From: Candidatus Saccharimonadales bacterium
GTDB lineage: Bacteria > Patescibacteriota > Saccharimonadia > Saccharimonadales > Saccharimonadaceae
Length of the DNA: 64,000 bases
Direction of reading: 5' to 3'
NCBI GenBank assembly: GCA_039928925.1
Contig: JBDSSF010000001.1
Coordinates: forward strand, 267,837 to 331,836
Part shown: positions 37,774-46,600 of the stretch, in pieces
How the letters are laid out: each line of letters starts with the position of its first letter
Numbering within the stretch: position 1 is the first letter of the stretch
The notes under the pieces: generated by a model
Told to the model about the DNA's origin: nothing
Seen by the model: the letters and a program-made list of their open reading frames with translations, nothing else
The model's database searches: none
Position numbers and translations under genes: made by a program

Positions 37774-38076
37774 CTACTTGTAGGATGTGACTCTGACGGT
37801 GAGATCTTCCAGCCTGTAGAGGCTCAGCTTCGTGTTGCCCTGTCGGGTCACCACGACCGCTTTAGCTCTGCGCCAGGAGCCAAACCACCAGTACTTTTCG
37901 TAGATCTCGAAGGTGATCGACTCACCGTTAGGGAAGACGTTGTCATCGAGAACGACGAACTCCTCTTCGAGGAGATCTCCCTGATGATGGAACTTGATGA
38001 CATCGACCATCGGAAATGCTTCTCTGATCGTGTAGCAGCTGGACTGCCCCGATCGGACGAGCTTGTAACCGAACAT
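37774..38076 (-). CDS. Hypothetical 100-aa protein, high-GC cassette
   Basis: ORF track entry; GAGGCGGGAGA upstream of the ATG; GC above flanks; hairpins at 37643-37666 and 37679-37719 downstream. Confidence 0.5.
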   Translation of the reverse strand: MFGYKLVRSGQSSCYTIREAFPMVDVIKFHHQGDLLEEEFVVLDDNVFPNGESITFEIYEKYWWFGSWRRAKAVVVTRQGNTKLSLYRLEDLTVRVTSYK

Positions 38077-38314
38077 ACGATCTCCCGCCTCTAAAGTCCT
38101 GCAGTTAGCAGGTAGTATGTATTAAACCACAGAATTATTAAGTTAGCAAAAGTAGTATATAAAAAGCAGCCCCCAAGATTTCTCTTAGGGGTGCGATCAT
38201 AACGTAGGACTGTTATAGATCTATAGTAGCATCAACATCTAAAAAATACAAGTGTGGCTCCATCAAAGTGGCGTGATGATGATAAAAATAGATTACATTT
38301 ATATTTTACTTGAA

Positions 38315-38349
38315 ATAGAAAATAGAGACCATTTGGTCTCTATTTTCTA
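38315..38349 (-). terminator. Terminator directly after tRNA-Leu(UAG)
   Basis: ATAGAAAATAGAGACC-ATTT-GGTCTCTATTTTCTAT perfect long hairpin. Confidence 0.6.
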
Positions 38350-38434
38350 TGGTACGCGAGAAAGGACTTGAACCTTCACGCCCGGAGGCACTAGCTCCTA
38401 AGGCTAGCGTGTCTACCAATTCCACCACTCGCGC
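38350..38434 (-). tRNA. tRNA-Leu (anticodon UAG), class II with long variable arm, CCA encoded
   Basis: Reverse complement GCGCGAG-TG-GTG-GAATTGGTAGA-CAC-G-CTAGC-CTTAGGA-GCTAG-variable arm-GAAGG-TTCAAGT-CCTTT-CTCGCGT-A-CCA folds as a cloverleaf. Confidence 0.9.
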
Positions 38435-38537
38435 GTTCAACTATTATATCAAAGATAGTCTGAGAGATAAAGCTCACAAAAGTATGGTGCTTGTGCTATG
38501 ATATAAAAATGATAGTATCAGGGAGACAGAGAGGGTT

Positions 38538-40160
38538 ATGAGTAAAGTAGCGACGTACCTACAGGAGCATATTCAAGGTGAGGTTTCGACTGATCCAGCA
38601 ACCCTTAGTCATATGAGCACTGATCTCAGTGTCCTTAGTATTAAGCCTGAAATGGTTGTATATCCACGATCATCGAGCGATATTCGCAAAATAGCCAGAT
38701 TCTCATGGCAGCTTGCTGAAAAAGGACATATCTTACCTTTAACAGTTCGTGGTGACGGAAGTGACCTTACTGGCGCAGCAATCGGTAGCGGTATTATTAT
38801 TGCAACAACTGCCCATCTAAATAGCCTATTTGAATTTGATCAAAAACAGAAGCTAATTAGACTTCAACCTGGCCTTAGCCTCAAAAGTCTTAACGATGCT
38901 TTGTCTCTGCAAGGCATGGCCGTTCCGCCGCTTTCAAACGTTGCCTACGGAACGATTGGCGGTGCTGTCGGTAACAACGCTACAAGCCCATTATCTGGCA
39001 AGTACGGTGACATCAGAGAATGGACTCATCAACTCGAGGTTGTACTTGCTAGTGGGGACATGCTACAGACAGGGAGACTTTCAAAAAGAGACTTAAACAA
39101 GAAAAAAGGTCTCCAAGGCTTCGAAGGTCAAATATATAGAGAACTAGATCATCTCATCGAAGACAACAAAGTTCTTATTGATAATAATGCGCCTGAAAAT
39201 GTCCGAGATAATGTTGGATATACATCGCTCGCAAAAGTTAAAAAACATGACGGATCGTTTGACCTCACTCCACTTATCGTTGGTAGTCAGGGGACACTTG
39301 GCATTGTATCTGAGCTTATTTTAAAGACTGATTTTGTCAGTGATAAGTGGGCAGCAGCAGCAATCTCGTTTGGCGATCTTACTGAAGCTCGGGACGCTGT
39401 CGATCAACTGCGTAAGTACGATCCGACTATCTTAGAGTTCTATGATGGTGAATTATTTGCGGACGCATTAGAACGCGGCAAAAAATATGATTTTTACGAT
39501 GAGACAATAACAAAAGCAGTCGTGATCATAGGTTTTGATGACTTTAGTGATCGTGCTAGGGCAAAGAAACTCAAGAAGTTAACAAAATGGGCACAAAATT
39601 TACCAGTTAAACTCTTGACCGGACTAGACACTGAAGCAGCCGCAGTCCTCGCTCTAAGAGAAGTTACGATATTTAGGGTTAATCCGAATAAAAAGGATAT
39701 ATCATCGCCACCACTATTTGATGGTGCCTATGTACCGTGGGAGCGATTTGAAGATTTCTCAATAGCGGCAAGACAGCTCGCAGAAAAGCATCGTGTTTCA
39801 TTGCCTCTCTATGGTCGTCCCATAGAAAATGTCTACTCAACACGGCCCCTTCTAGAGCTTAAAAAAGTGGGTGATAAACAAAAAGTCTTTAAACTACTTG
39901 ATGAATACTCAAATCTTGTTGTACACCACGGCGGTCACTTGATCGGCCAGGATGGTGAAGGTCGTTTGAAGGCACGTTTTGCCCATAAACAACTTGATGA
40001 TGACATTCTTGCCGTCTTTAATGAAGTAAAGCGAATTTTCGACCCGCATGGAATTTTGAATCCGGGTGTCAAACAATCGACCGATATGAAAGACCTTGTA
40101 TCTCATCTTCGTCCAGACTATGACACAAGTAAGTTCGCCGACTACTCAATCTATAACTAG
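38538..40160 (+). CDS. FAD-binding oxidoreductase (GlcD / D-lactate dehydrogenase-like, PCMH-type FAD domain)
   Basis: VVYPRSSSDIRKIARF...LTVRGDGSDLTGAAIG FAD_binding_4 pattern; C-terminal FDPHGILNPG. Confidence 0.85.
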   Translation: MSKVATYLQEHIQGEVSTDPATLSHMSTDLSVLSIKPEMVVYPRSSSDIRKIARFSWQLAEKGHILPLTVRGDGSDLTGAAIGSGIIIATTAHLNSLFEFDQKQKLIRLQPGLSLKSLNDALSLQGMAVPPLSNVAYGTIGGAVGNNATSPLSGKYGDIREWTHQLEVVLASGDMLQTGRLSKRDLNKKKGLQGFEGQIYRELDHLIEDNKVLIDNNAPENVRDNVGYTSLAKVKKHDGSFDLTPLIVGSQGTLGIVSELILKTDFVSDKWAAAAISFGDLTEARDAVDQLRKYDPTILEFYDGELFADALERGKKYDFYDETITKAVVIIGFDDFSDRARAKKLKKLTKWAQNLPVKLLTGLDTEAAAVLALREVTIFRVNPNKKDISSPPLFDGAYVPWERFEDFSIAARQLAEKHRVSLPLYGRPIENVYSTRPLLELKKVGDKQKVFKLLDEYSNLVVHHGGHLIGQDGEGRLKARFAHKQLDDDILAVFNEVKRIFDPHGILNPGVKQSTDMKDLVSHLRPDYDTSKFADYSIYN

Positions 40161-40201
40161 GTTGAAATAAAGCTTTCGCTCGGATATTATACTTTTGGTA
40201 T

Positions 40202-40287
40202 GCACGAGTGGCGGAATGGTAGACGCGCTAGCTTCAGGTGCTAGTGTCCTTTGGGATGTGGAAGTTCGAGTCTTCTCTCGTGTACCA
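40202..40287 (+). tRNA. tRNA-Leu (anticodon CAG), class II, CCA encoded; integration target
   Basis: GCACGAG-TG-GCG-GAATGGTAGA-CGC-G-CTAGC-TTCAGGT-GCTAG-variable arm-GGAAG-TTCGAGT-CTTCT-CTCGTGT-A-CCA. Confidence 0.9.
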
Positions 40288-41895
40288 AACAGAACGAACG
40301 TCGTTTATTGCGACGTTCTTTCTCTTGTCAGAGTAGGTTACGACATCTATCGGTGCGGTCACCATCGTCTGTTTCATAGTCTGAACCGGTTCAAGATATT
40401 TAATGGGTTGAATTCGTATGCTTCCATTAGCAAAGATCATGCGTTCGCCGAGTTTTGACAGTACTTCGCGTTGTTTGATCGGATCGTTACTGTCGAAATC
40501 TGATTTTGCATATTTTGCTAGGTCGAAATACTCACGTGCTTCCTCGTGAACATGTCTTTCAGTATCGTTCGTATTTTCAGATTGTTGTCGTAACATCTTG
40601 AGTCGCTGCTCAATCTTTTTCCTCTCACCGTCATAGAACACCTCATCACATCGTCCAGTGTAGAGCATGCGCTGTAAACCATACATTTCCCCCTCAGTGT
40701 CGTTAAGGGCTTTCTGCTGCGCTGTGCGGACTGTTTCACGCTGTTTTTCTTGCTCATCATTCCATTGGTTTAGGTGTTTTATTGCGAACTGATAAAACTC
40801 ATCACGGATTGTATATCGTGATAGCTCATTTTTTACCATGTCGGATAATTGTTGCGGCTTTAACTTTACTTTATTCGGACAATCAAAATTCTGTCGTTTA
40901 TTGGTGCAATAGATGTATTCAAAAGCCTGCTCATTGCCGTTTTTGTATTTACGTATTTTTCTTGTATAAGTGATCGAACAGCCACATTCCCCACACTGGA
41001 TCATTCCACGATATACACTGAAATAATCAAAACCACGTTCGATCATAGGCCGTTGATGACTTATTTTACTTAATCGCGCCTGTACCTTATCGAATTCAAC
41101 TTTCGTAATCATAGGCAAATGTTGACCTGGATGTAACTCTTTGTTGAAGTTGAGCATGCCATAGTAAAAGGGATTGCGAAACATTGCATATACCCCAGAC
41201 ACGCTTAGTGGAGTTCCGCCCCGCTTCCTTCTTTGGATAGATTTCAATCCTAACTCTTTGTCTGCTTTGCGAGCTATCTCGCTAATTGTCAACGATGGAT
41301 CCATTGCCCATGTCCATAATTGTTTGTATGACTGCCAGCGTTCATCGTCAGGCACAATAATATTTCCACGTAGAGGGTCAGTCGTATTTAAGTACCCCAT
41401 AGGTGCAAGATGCGGTAACCAGCCTTTTGCTACCTTGCTACTCATGCCGCGTTTGATATCACGTTGCAAATCACGGCTAAATTGCGTGGCCATGCCCGCT
41501 TCGACAGTAAACATCAAAACGTTGTCTTCGGGAAAATAATCACGTTCGGCTGTGGCAAACATCTTCAGTCTACCCTCTATAAGAAGTTGTTGAATCAGAC
41601 CCGATTCCAGAGGGTTTCGAGCAATACGGTTTAACTTCCAGCAAAGAATACCATCAACTTTTCCAGACTGAATCATTTCAACTAGTCGGTCGAATTCTTG
41701 TCGCCGGCCGGGTATTTTAGCAGATCTGGATTCGGACAATATGGCGTCATTGGCAATTGTAATGCCACGATGAGATGCGATACTACGCATAATATCAATC
41801 TGGTCACCGATTGACTGAACTTGTCTATCTTCATCTTCAGTAGACTTACGTGCATATATCACAAAACGTAATTTACTTATATCTCTATCATGCAT
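40234..41895 (-). CDS. Large serine recombinase (integrase)
   Basis: Resolvase-type catalytic domain (FVIYARKSTEDEDRQVQSIGDQ, WKLNRIARN), recombinase domain (GWLPHLAPMGY), zinc ribbon (CGECGCS...CTNK...CPNK), C-terminal coiled coil; ATG 41895 preceded by GGAGAA; the 3' end runs antisense into the tRNA. Confidence 0.9.
   Translation of the reverse strand: MHDRDISKLRFVIYARKSTEDEDRQVQSIGDQIDIMRSIASHRGITIANDAILSESRSAKIPGRRQEFDRLVEMIQSGKVDGILCWKLNRIARNPLESGLIQQLLIEGRLKMFATAERDYFPEDNVLMFTVEAGMATQFSRDLQRDIKRGMSSKVAKGWLPHLAPMGYLNTTDPLRGNIIVPDDERWQSYKQLWTWAMDPSLTISEIARKADKELGLKSIQRRKRGGTPLSVSGVYAMFRNPFYYGMLNFNKELHPGQHLPMITKVEFDKVQARLSKISHQRPMIERGFDYFSVYRGMIQCGECGCSITYTRKIRKYKNGNEQAFEYIYCTNKRQNFDCPNKVKLKPQQLSDMVKNELSRYTIRDEFYQFAIKHLNQWNDEQEKQRETVRTAQQKALNDTEGEMYGLQRMLYTGRCDEVFYDGERKKIEQRLKMLRQQSENTNDTERHVHEEAREYFDLAKYAKSDFDSNDPIKQREVLSKLGERMIFANGSIRIQPIKYLEPVQTMKQTMVTAPIDVVTYSDKRKNVAINDVRSVWYTREDSNFHIPKDTST
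40281..40288 (+). repeat. Putative attL core (TGTACCAA)
   Basis: Last 7 nt of the tRNA plus 1 nt; identical octamer at 47763-47770. Confidence 0.4.
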
Positions 41896-42203
41896 GGCTT
41901 TCTCCAACTAAAAAGGCGGCTTGGTTGTTGACACAGTACATAGCACGAAGCCATTTTCCGATACCAAGCCGCCATTTCAGACGGAAAACAAAAGGCTCGC
42001 GCCAGATATGTACAGTGTCAACATGTATTATTGTAATGCAATTATTAATCATTGTTAAGCTCTCGTGGTTGTAATCCAGCGACAAGTGCTATTAGATTTG
42101 ATGCTTCGATGCTCGCGATATCATCGCTCAATTGAACTCCATACTGACGATAGTATATCGCTTGAAATTCTTTTATTGTTTCGTCATTCAACCGCATAAA
42201 ACC

Positions 42204-42845
42204 TTAAAAAGGGATGTCCTTCAGATATTCAGCTATGGGATCATGTGCATCGTTAGCATTAGGTTGCGTATCCAAATTACGATACGCTTCGTCCAAGTCC
42301 TTGGTGTATTGTTCGTGACTAAAATTATCCATCTCTTCGAGGGTGGGAGAATGATCACGTTGCATCTTTTCGTTTCGCATGTACGATGACGTGGGAATAA
42401 GAAAATCGGCTTCGTAATCATGTCGTGCAACTTGTTCTGCACGTTTACGATATTCATTTTGACGTCGTTCTTGTAAGATACGCGAGTCTATTTCAACACC
42501 AGGTTGGTATGATTTGGGTATATACTGACCTTCTTTGGCACGTGCATTTTTCACGTATATACCAAACAAAGCACCTGGATTATTAACTCGCCTGCCTGTT
42601 AAAACGGTATGCAACCAGTATTCTACGCGTTCCGTACCGAATTGATTAATAACCCCACAATACCACGTTCGCCATTGCGCATTATCAAAGGTATCGACCA
42701 ATTTATCAGCCAATTTATCAACTGCTTCAACGTCAGTATTCAATTGGTTTTCTGTGTATGTGGACAGTTGTGTACGATTGCCATTAACCAGGTACTCAAT
42801 TGGTTTATTGGAATCATTTGTATCAGTTTGGTTTACAGTAGGCAT
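42204..42845 (-). CDS. Element ORF, hypothetical (213 aa)
   Basis: ORF track entry; same strand as the integrase; no domain recognised. Confidence 0.5.
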   Translation of the reverse strand: MPTVNQTDTNDSNKPIEYLVNGNRTQLSTYTENQLNTDVEAVDKLADKLVDTFDNAQWRTWYCGVINQFGTERVEYWLHTVLTGRRVNNPGALFGIYVKNARAKEGQYIPKSYQPGVEIDSRILQERRQNEYRKRAEQVARHDYEADFLIPTSSYMRNEKMQRDHSPTLEEMDNFSHEQYTKDLDEAYRNLDTQPNANDAHDPIAEYLKDIPF

Positions 42846-42898
42846 ATGTCAATTGTTGAACATAATGGCCATTTCACCCGTAACGTTTAAAGAGTTGT

Positions 42899-43483
42899 TT
42901 AAATGTTACGATTTTTCGGTTGGTGTCGGTTATAATACAGCCTCATTTCCGCATAATGTGGGTAAAGACGAGCTATCCTTTCGTCGTAAATGTCCGAATC
43001 TTCATCTGTTAATGCGGCATGAATTTGCTTGTATGATCTTCCGGCTCGTAATCCCTTGAAAACAGCATATGTTACGAAAGGGTATGCAGGTTCTTTCGCT
43101 TTAGGTTTTTTAGTACCAGACTTACGTGCGGTTTGTATCGTTCGCCAGGCGCGCATAAGTTGCGCTTCTGTGGCATTGTCATCAAGAACGATGGTTGTCT
43201 TATTTTCTTTGATGTCATAGCCAATTTTTACCCCTTGTTTAGAAGTGCCAACAGGTAGAGTTTGTGCCCAAGCCAAATGACGAAATTCGTCAATACTCAG
43301 TCCCCATCTTTCTGAGAACCCCAGATATATTTCATAAAGTCGTGAATGATCTGTGGGGTGGCGTCGCTTCCACTCATAGACAATCTTCGCATCATAATGA
43401 AACTCAGGGTCGTCATGGACGTTCTGAAGAAAATGCTCGCGGTCAGTTATGGGTTCGTTCCTACCGGTACCTTTTTTTGTCAT
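42899..43483 (-). CDS. Element ORF, hypothetical (194 aa)
   Basis: ORF track entry; first gene of the leftward int-containing gene string. Confidence 0.5.
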   Translation of the reverse strand: MTKKGTGRNEPITDREHFLQNVHDDPEFHYDAKIVYEWKRRHPTDHSRLYEIYLGFSERWGLSIDEFRHLAWAQTLPVGTSKQGVKIGYDIKENKTTIVLDDNATEAQLMRAWRTIQTARKSGTKKPKAKEPAYPFVTYAVFKGLRAGRSYKQIHAALTDEDSDIYDERIARLYPHYAEMRLYYNRHQPKNRNI

Positions 43484-43721
43484 GAATCAATGATACCATC
43501 ACATGTCCTGTATAATGATGCACATGTGGCATGTCCACTTGACCTAAAGCCACGCGCAAGCGAAGGTATGGCCAAAACAAATCCAACGACAAGAAACAGC
43601 TCATCGTCAGAGCCTTCTTGTCGTTGGTTGCACCGGAAACGGTGTAGGCGGCTTAGGCCGTCCTGGCGGTGGGCTTTTTTGTTTGCCTAGCACGGTAGTC
43701 TTAGTCATAAAAGGAGATGGA

Positions 43722-44246
43722 ATGTTTCGACGGAAGAAGACAATTGAAGCAAAGCAAGTAGCGTTTATTTACATGGAAAACTACATGGAAAGGCGCGATG
43801 AAATACTTGGCACACTTGAGATGATATTGGTTAAGCAATTTGGCGAGGACAAAAAGCGGCAAATTTTCTTAAGTCGACAAGCAATGAACTATGTTGAAGC
43901 ATGGATAATTGCATTCGACATAATGCCATTATTCTCTTTGCCTATATTTAAGGGTAAAAGAGTGGACGGTTGGATTTTGCGTCTTGCCAGTGAATATTTA
44001 CAGGTAGAGAAAGATTGGTTGTTTGACCTGGTTAAGGATTTTATTGTAGACATTAATTTTGATAATGACGACAGAACTAAGGCACGGTCACAAGGCTTAT
44101 TCTCCCGTAAAATCAATCAACTTGTATTTAATGTCAAGGGTGATCCGCTATTCATGACCCAGCTTGATATGTTCATAACCGAAAACACGACCCATGAATG
44201 GAAGCTCATAGAGGAGCATTACAAAATCATTCCCACTAATGAATAG
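43722..44246 (+). CDS. Element ORF, hypothetical (174 aa)
   Basis: ATG 43722 preceded by AAAGGAGAtggaATG; the ORF-track start 43683 lacks an RBS. Confidence 0.5.
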   Translation: MFRRKKTIEAKQVAFIYMENYMERRDEILGTLEMILVKQFGEDKKRQIFLSRQAMNYVEAWIIAFDIMPLFSLPIFKGKRVDGWILRLASEYLQVEKDWLFDLVKDFIVDINFDNDDRTKARSQGLFSRKINQLVFNVKGDPLFMTQLDMFITENTTHEWKLIEEHYKIIPTNE

Positions 44247-44256
44247 TAGTAGTGAA

Positions 44257-44610
44257 TTACATCAGATTGATGTTTAACAAAACTGTTTCTGTTGGCTTCT
44301 CTCTCGTGTGAGCTAACATGCTATATGCCTTCATTGCCATCTCGACGGCTTTTAGACGAACTATTGTAGGCTCGTTTTCGTTATGAATAATATCCGTTAA
44401 TCGCTGCATGATTTCATCTGGTTTTATAACCGACAATTTACCGATATTTTCCGATAACCATTCAGGTTGAAGATGTGTCATATTCCGTGCTGTTTGATCC
44501 GAATAGCCTGCTTGTAATGCGCTGCGATATGAATTACCAAATGATGGGCTATCGGGGTTGCTGTACGCTGTAATGTATGTCGTTTGGCGTGGAGTAATGT
44601 GTTTTATCAT
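44257..44610 (-). CDS. Phage small-terminase-like (Terminase_2-type HTH) protein
   Basis: ITPRQTTYITAYSNPDSPSFGNSYRSALQAGYSDQTARNMTHLQPEWLSENI follows the TerS N-terminal pattern (L/ITPkQ..F..Y......GN...A...AGYS..tA). Confidence 0.6.
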   Translation of the reverse strand: MIKHITPRQTTYITAYSNPDSPSFGNSYRSALQAGYSDQTARNMTHLQPEWLSENIGKLSVIKPDEIMQRLTDIIHNENEPTIVRLKAVEMAMKAYSMLAHTREKPTETVLLNINLM

Positions 44611-44654
44611 GGTTTTGGTTTCTCAATCGTTTGTTAAGACGTATTATATATGAT

Positions 44655-45542
44655 ATGACACAAAAAAAGCTATCACAGAAAGAAATGGATGAAATTACTA
44701 ATCGCTCTCACGAAGAAGCAGAGCGCGATTTTAAAGATTTCAAAGAACATATTGCGCGTGGTGAATGCGGAATTTGCGACGAACCTTTGAGTAGCTTTGA
44801 TGAAATGGAGCCATGTATGCATTGGTTATTAATGCCACCGGGTTTTCGAAAAAAACACATGAAATCTGTATTCGAGATATTCACTTATGACCGCATCGAA
44901 GCATATCTTCGATGGTATGCAAATTCACACAGTCCACTTATGAACATAAATGACCTAGTTGAGGAGCACGACGGAACAAAATTGCGCGCTCTCACAATTA
45001 AACATGGTCAACTGGAATGGTCATTTTCATTTGCACAAGGATGCTTGGAAGGTAAAGACGGAAATCATGGACCGCATTACCACTTTCAAATGCGCATTGA
45101 TGGCAAGCCATTCCATAACTATAGTGACCGTCATATCAAAATGAACGACTATGAACTTTGGATGTTCGATATTGATATTGGTCAAAACCCTCAATTCAAA
45201 CGTAACCAAGGCTTTGGAGCCGGAATGCAAAGTACAGTTGACAATATTGAAACTGGCGAACTATTAAAAACCTTCAAATACACCGAAGACTATGAAAATG
45301 CAGCCTTCAATACCAGTACGATTGTCATGGCCGAAGAAGGTAAAACTATTGATGTCGATGAAATAATTGCTATGTATAAAATTGCGCGTGAAACTGGTAC
45401 ACCTGTTCATCAGCAAATAAAAAACCTGAAAAACGTCGCTACAACAAAAGTCATTGTCGAGCCTGGAGAGGGTGTGCCGCATCCTGCTCAGCGCAACCCT
45501 GTGCGTCCAGGCCGTAAGAAAAATAAAGACAAAAAACACTAA
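44655..45542 (+). CDS. Element ORF, hypothetical with Cys/His cluster (295 aa)
   Basis: GECGICDEPLSSFDEMEPCMHW zinc-ribbon-like; HGPHYHFQ; basic C-terminal tail. Confidence 0.5.
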   Translation: MTQKKLSQKEMDEITNRSHEEAERDFKDFKEHIARGECGICDEPLSSFDEMEPCMHWLLMPPGFRKKHMKSVFEIFTYDRIEAYLRWYANSHSPLMNINDLVEEHDGTKLRALTIKHGQLEWSFSFAQGCLEGKDGNHGPHYHFQMRIDGKPFHNYSDRHIKMNDYELWMFDIDIGQNPQFKRNQGFGAGMQSTVDNIETGELLKTFKYTEDYENAAFNTSTIVMAEEGKTIDVDEIIAMYKIARETGTPVHQQIKNLKNVATTKVIVEPGEGVPHPAQRNPVRPGRKKNKDKKH

Positions 45543-45682
45543 GCTAGGGATCCGTAACGGCTAACTCACTCGTTCGAGTATAGTTTTATCATTGTCTGTG
45601 TTTCATTCGGCAGTACACACAACAAACAGGAACTGTATGATTTGAGAATATCTGAATAATCGAAGTGTGGGATAATAGGCGC

Positions 45683-46600
45683 ATGAGAATCGAGAGAACA
45701 AAAGCCAAAGAGAACCAAATACCCACAAGGCAATACCCGTCCTATACTGCCGATGGTAAAGTTCGTCGAATTACACTTGGAAAATCTTCATTCACAGTTC
45801 CATATCGATGGACTTACTACCAGTATTTGATACTTGGGGTGTATACAATGGTTTTTTCTAAGGAGTTTTTGAACGACGACAATAATGACTCTGTATTACG
45901 AAAGATGTACAAAGCACATATTGACAAAGTCCAGTCTGAGACAAGCCTCTTTATACTAACCAATGCGGATGCATACCTCATATATCTGGCATCGGATCTG
46001 GAGCAGCTGGTTGCAAAAAATTCTTTACCAGAAGGAATTATTAAAAGGTTAAGGTCTACTAATGATGGTGAGATGAGGGGTGCTATATATGAAATCACTA
46101 TGGCTGCTGCGGTAACGCGCACAGGTTATAAGATTGATTGGCTAACTGAACCATCCAGACCTGAATTTACCGCATATGGGAAAGAGGTACTTATTGATTT
46201 TGAAGCAAAGCGGCGTGACAGGACGGGCAGAATTAACTACGACTTGGAGATTGAAGTGAGAGCAATCGAAAAAAATCTCAGAAAAGCGTTAAAGAAAAAG
46301 ACCATGAATCAGTATGTGATTTTTATGGATACAGATTTACCTCCTGGACCCGCACAAAAATATAATGAAATCATGGAAGCAATGATGAAAAAGATTGGCT
46401 TACATGAACAAAAGAAAATAGTAGTTGTTACAACCAACACCGGATATGAACATGACCCAACTGTTACCGACTTTGGCAAAAATTCAGTAGCAATGTACAA
46501 ATCTGATGACGGAGTAAACTTGCATGAAGTGAAGAAAATAATATTACAGATGCACGCAAAATTACCAAAAGATGCCTCTTCAAGCGGATGGCCAATATAA
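45683..46600 (+). CDS. Element cargo ORF with PD-(D/E)xK-like motif (putative nuclease); start uncertain (45665/45683/45848)
   Basis: GAIYEITMAAAV helix followed by PEFTAYGKEVLIDFEAKRR (PE-x12-EAK); GATAAT-N6-ATG at 45683; stop abuts the next ATG. Confidence 0.45.
   Translation: MRIERTKAKENQIPTRQYPSYTADGKVRRITLGKSSFTVPYRWTYYQYLILGVYTMVFSKEFLNDDNNDSVLRKMYKAHIDKVQSETSLFILTNADAYLIYLASDLEQLVAKNSLPEGIIKRLRSTNDGEMRGAIYEITMAAAVTRTGYKIDWLTEPSRPEFTAYGKEVLIDFEAKRRDRTGRINYDLEIEVRAIEKNLRKALKKKTMNQYVIFMDTDLPPGPAQKYNEIMEAMMKKIGLHEQKKIVVVTTNTGYEHDPTVTDFGKNSVAMYKSDDGVNLHEVKKIILQMHAKLPKDASSSGWPI

Noticed and set aside
43346-43690. 114-aa plus-strand ORF crossing the 5' end of orf194 and the element control region
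   Set aside because: It is antisense to a better ORF for half its length. The rest coincides with hairpin-rich, probably non-coding sequence.
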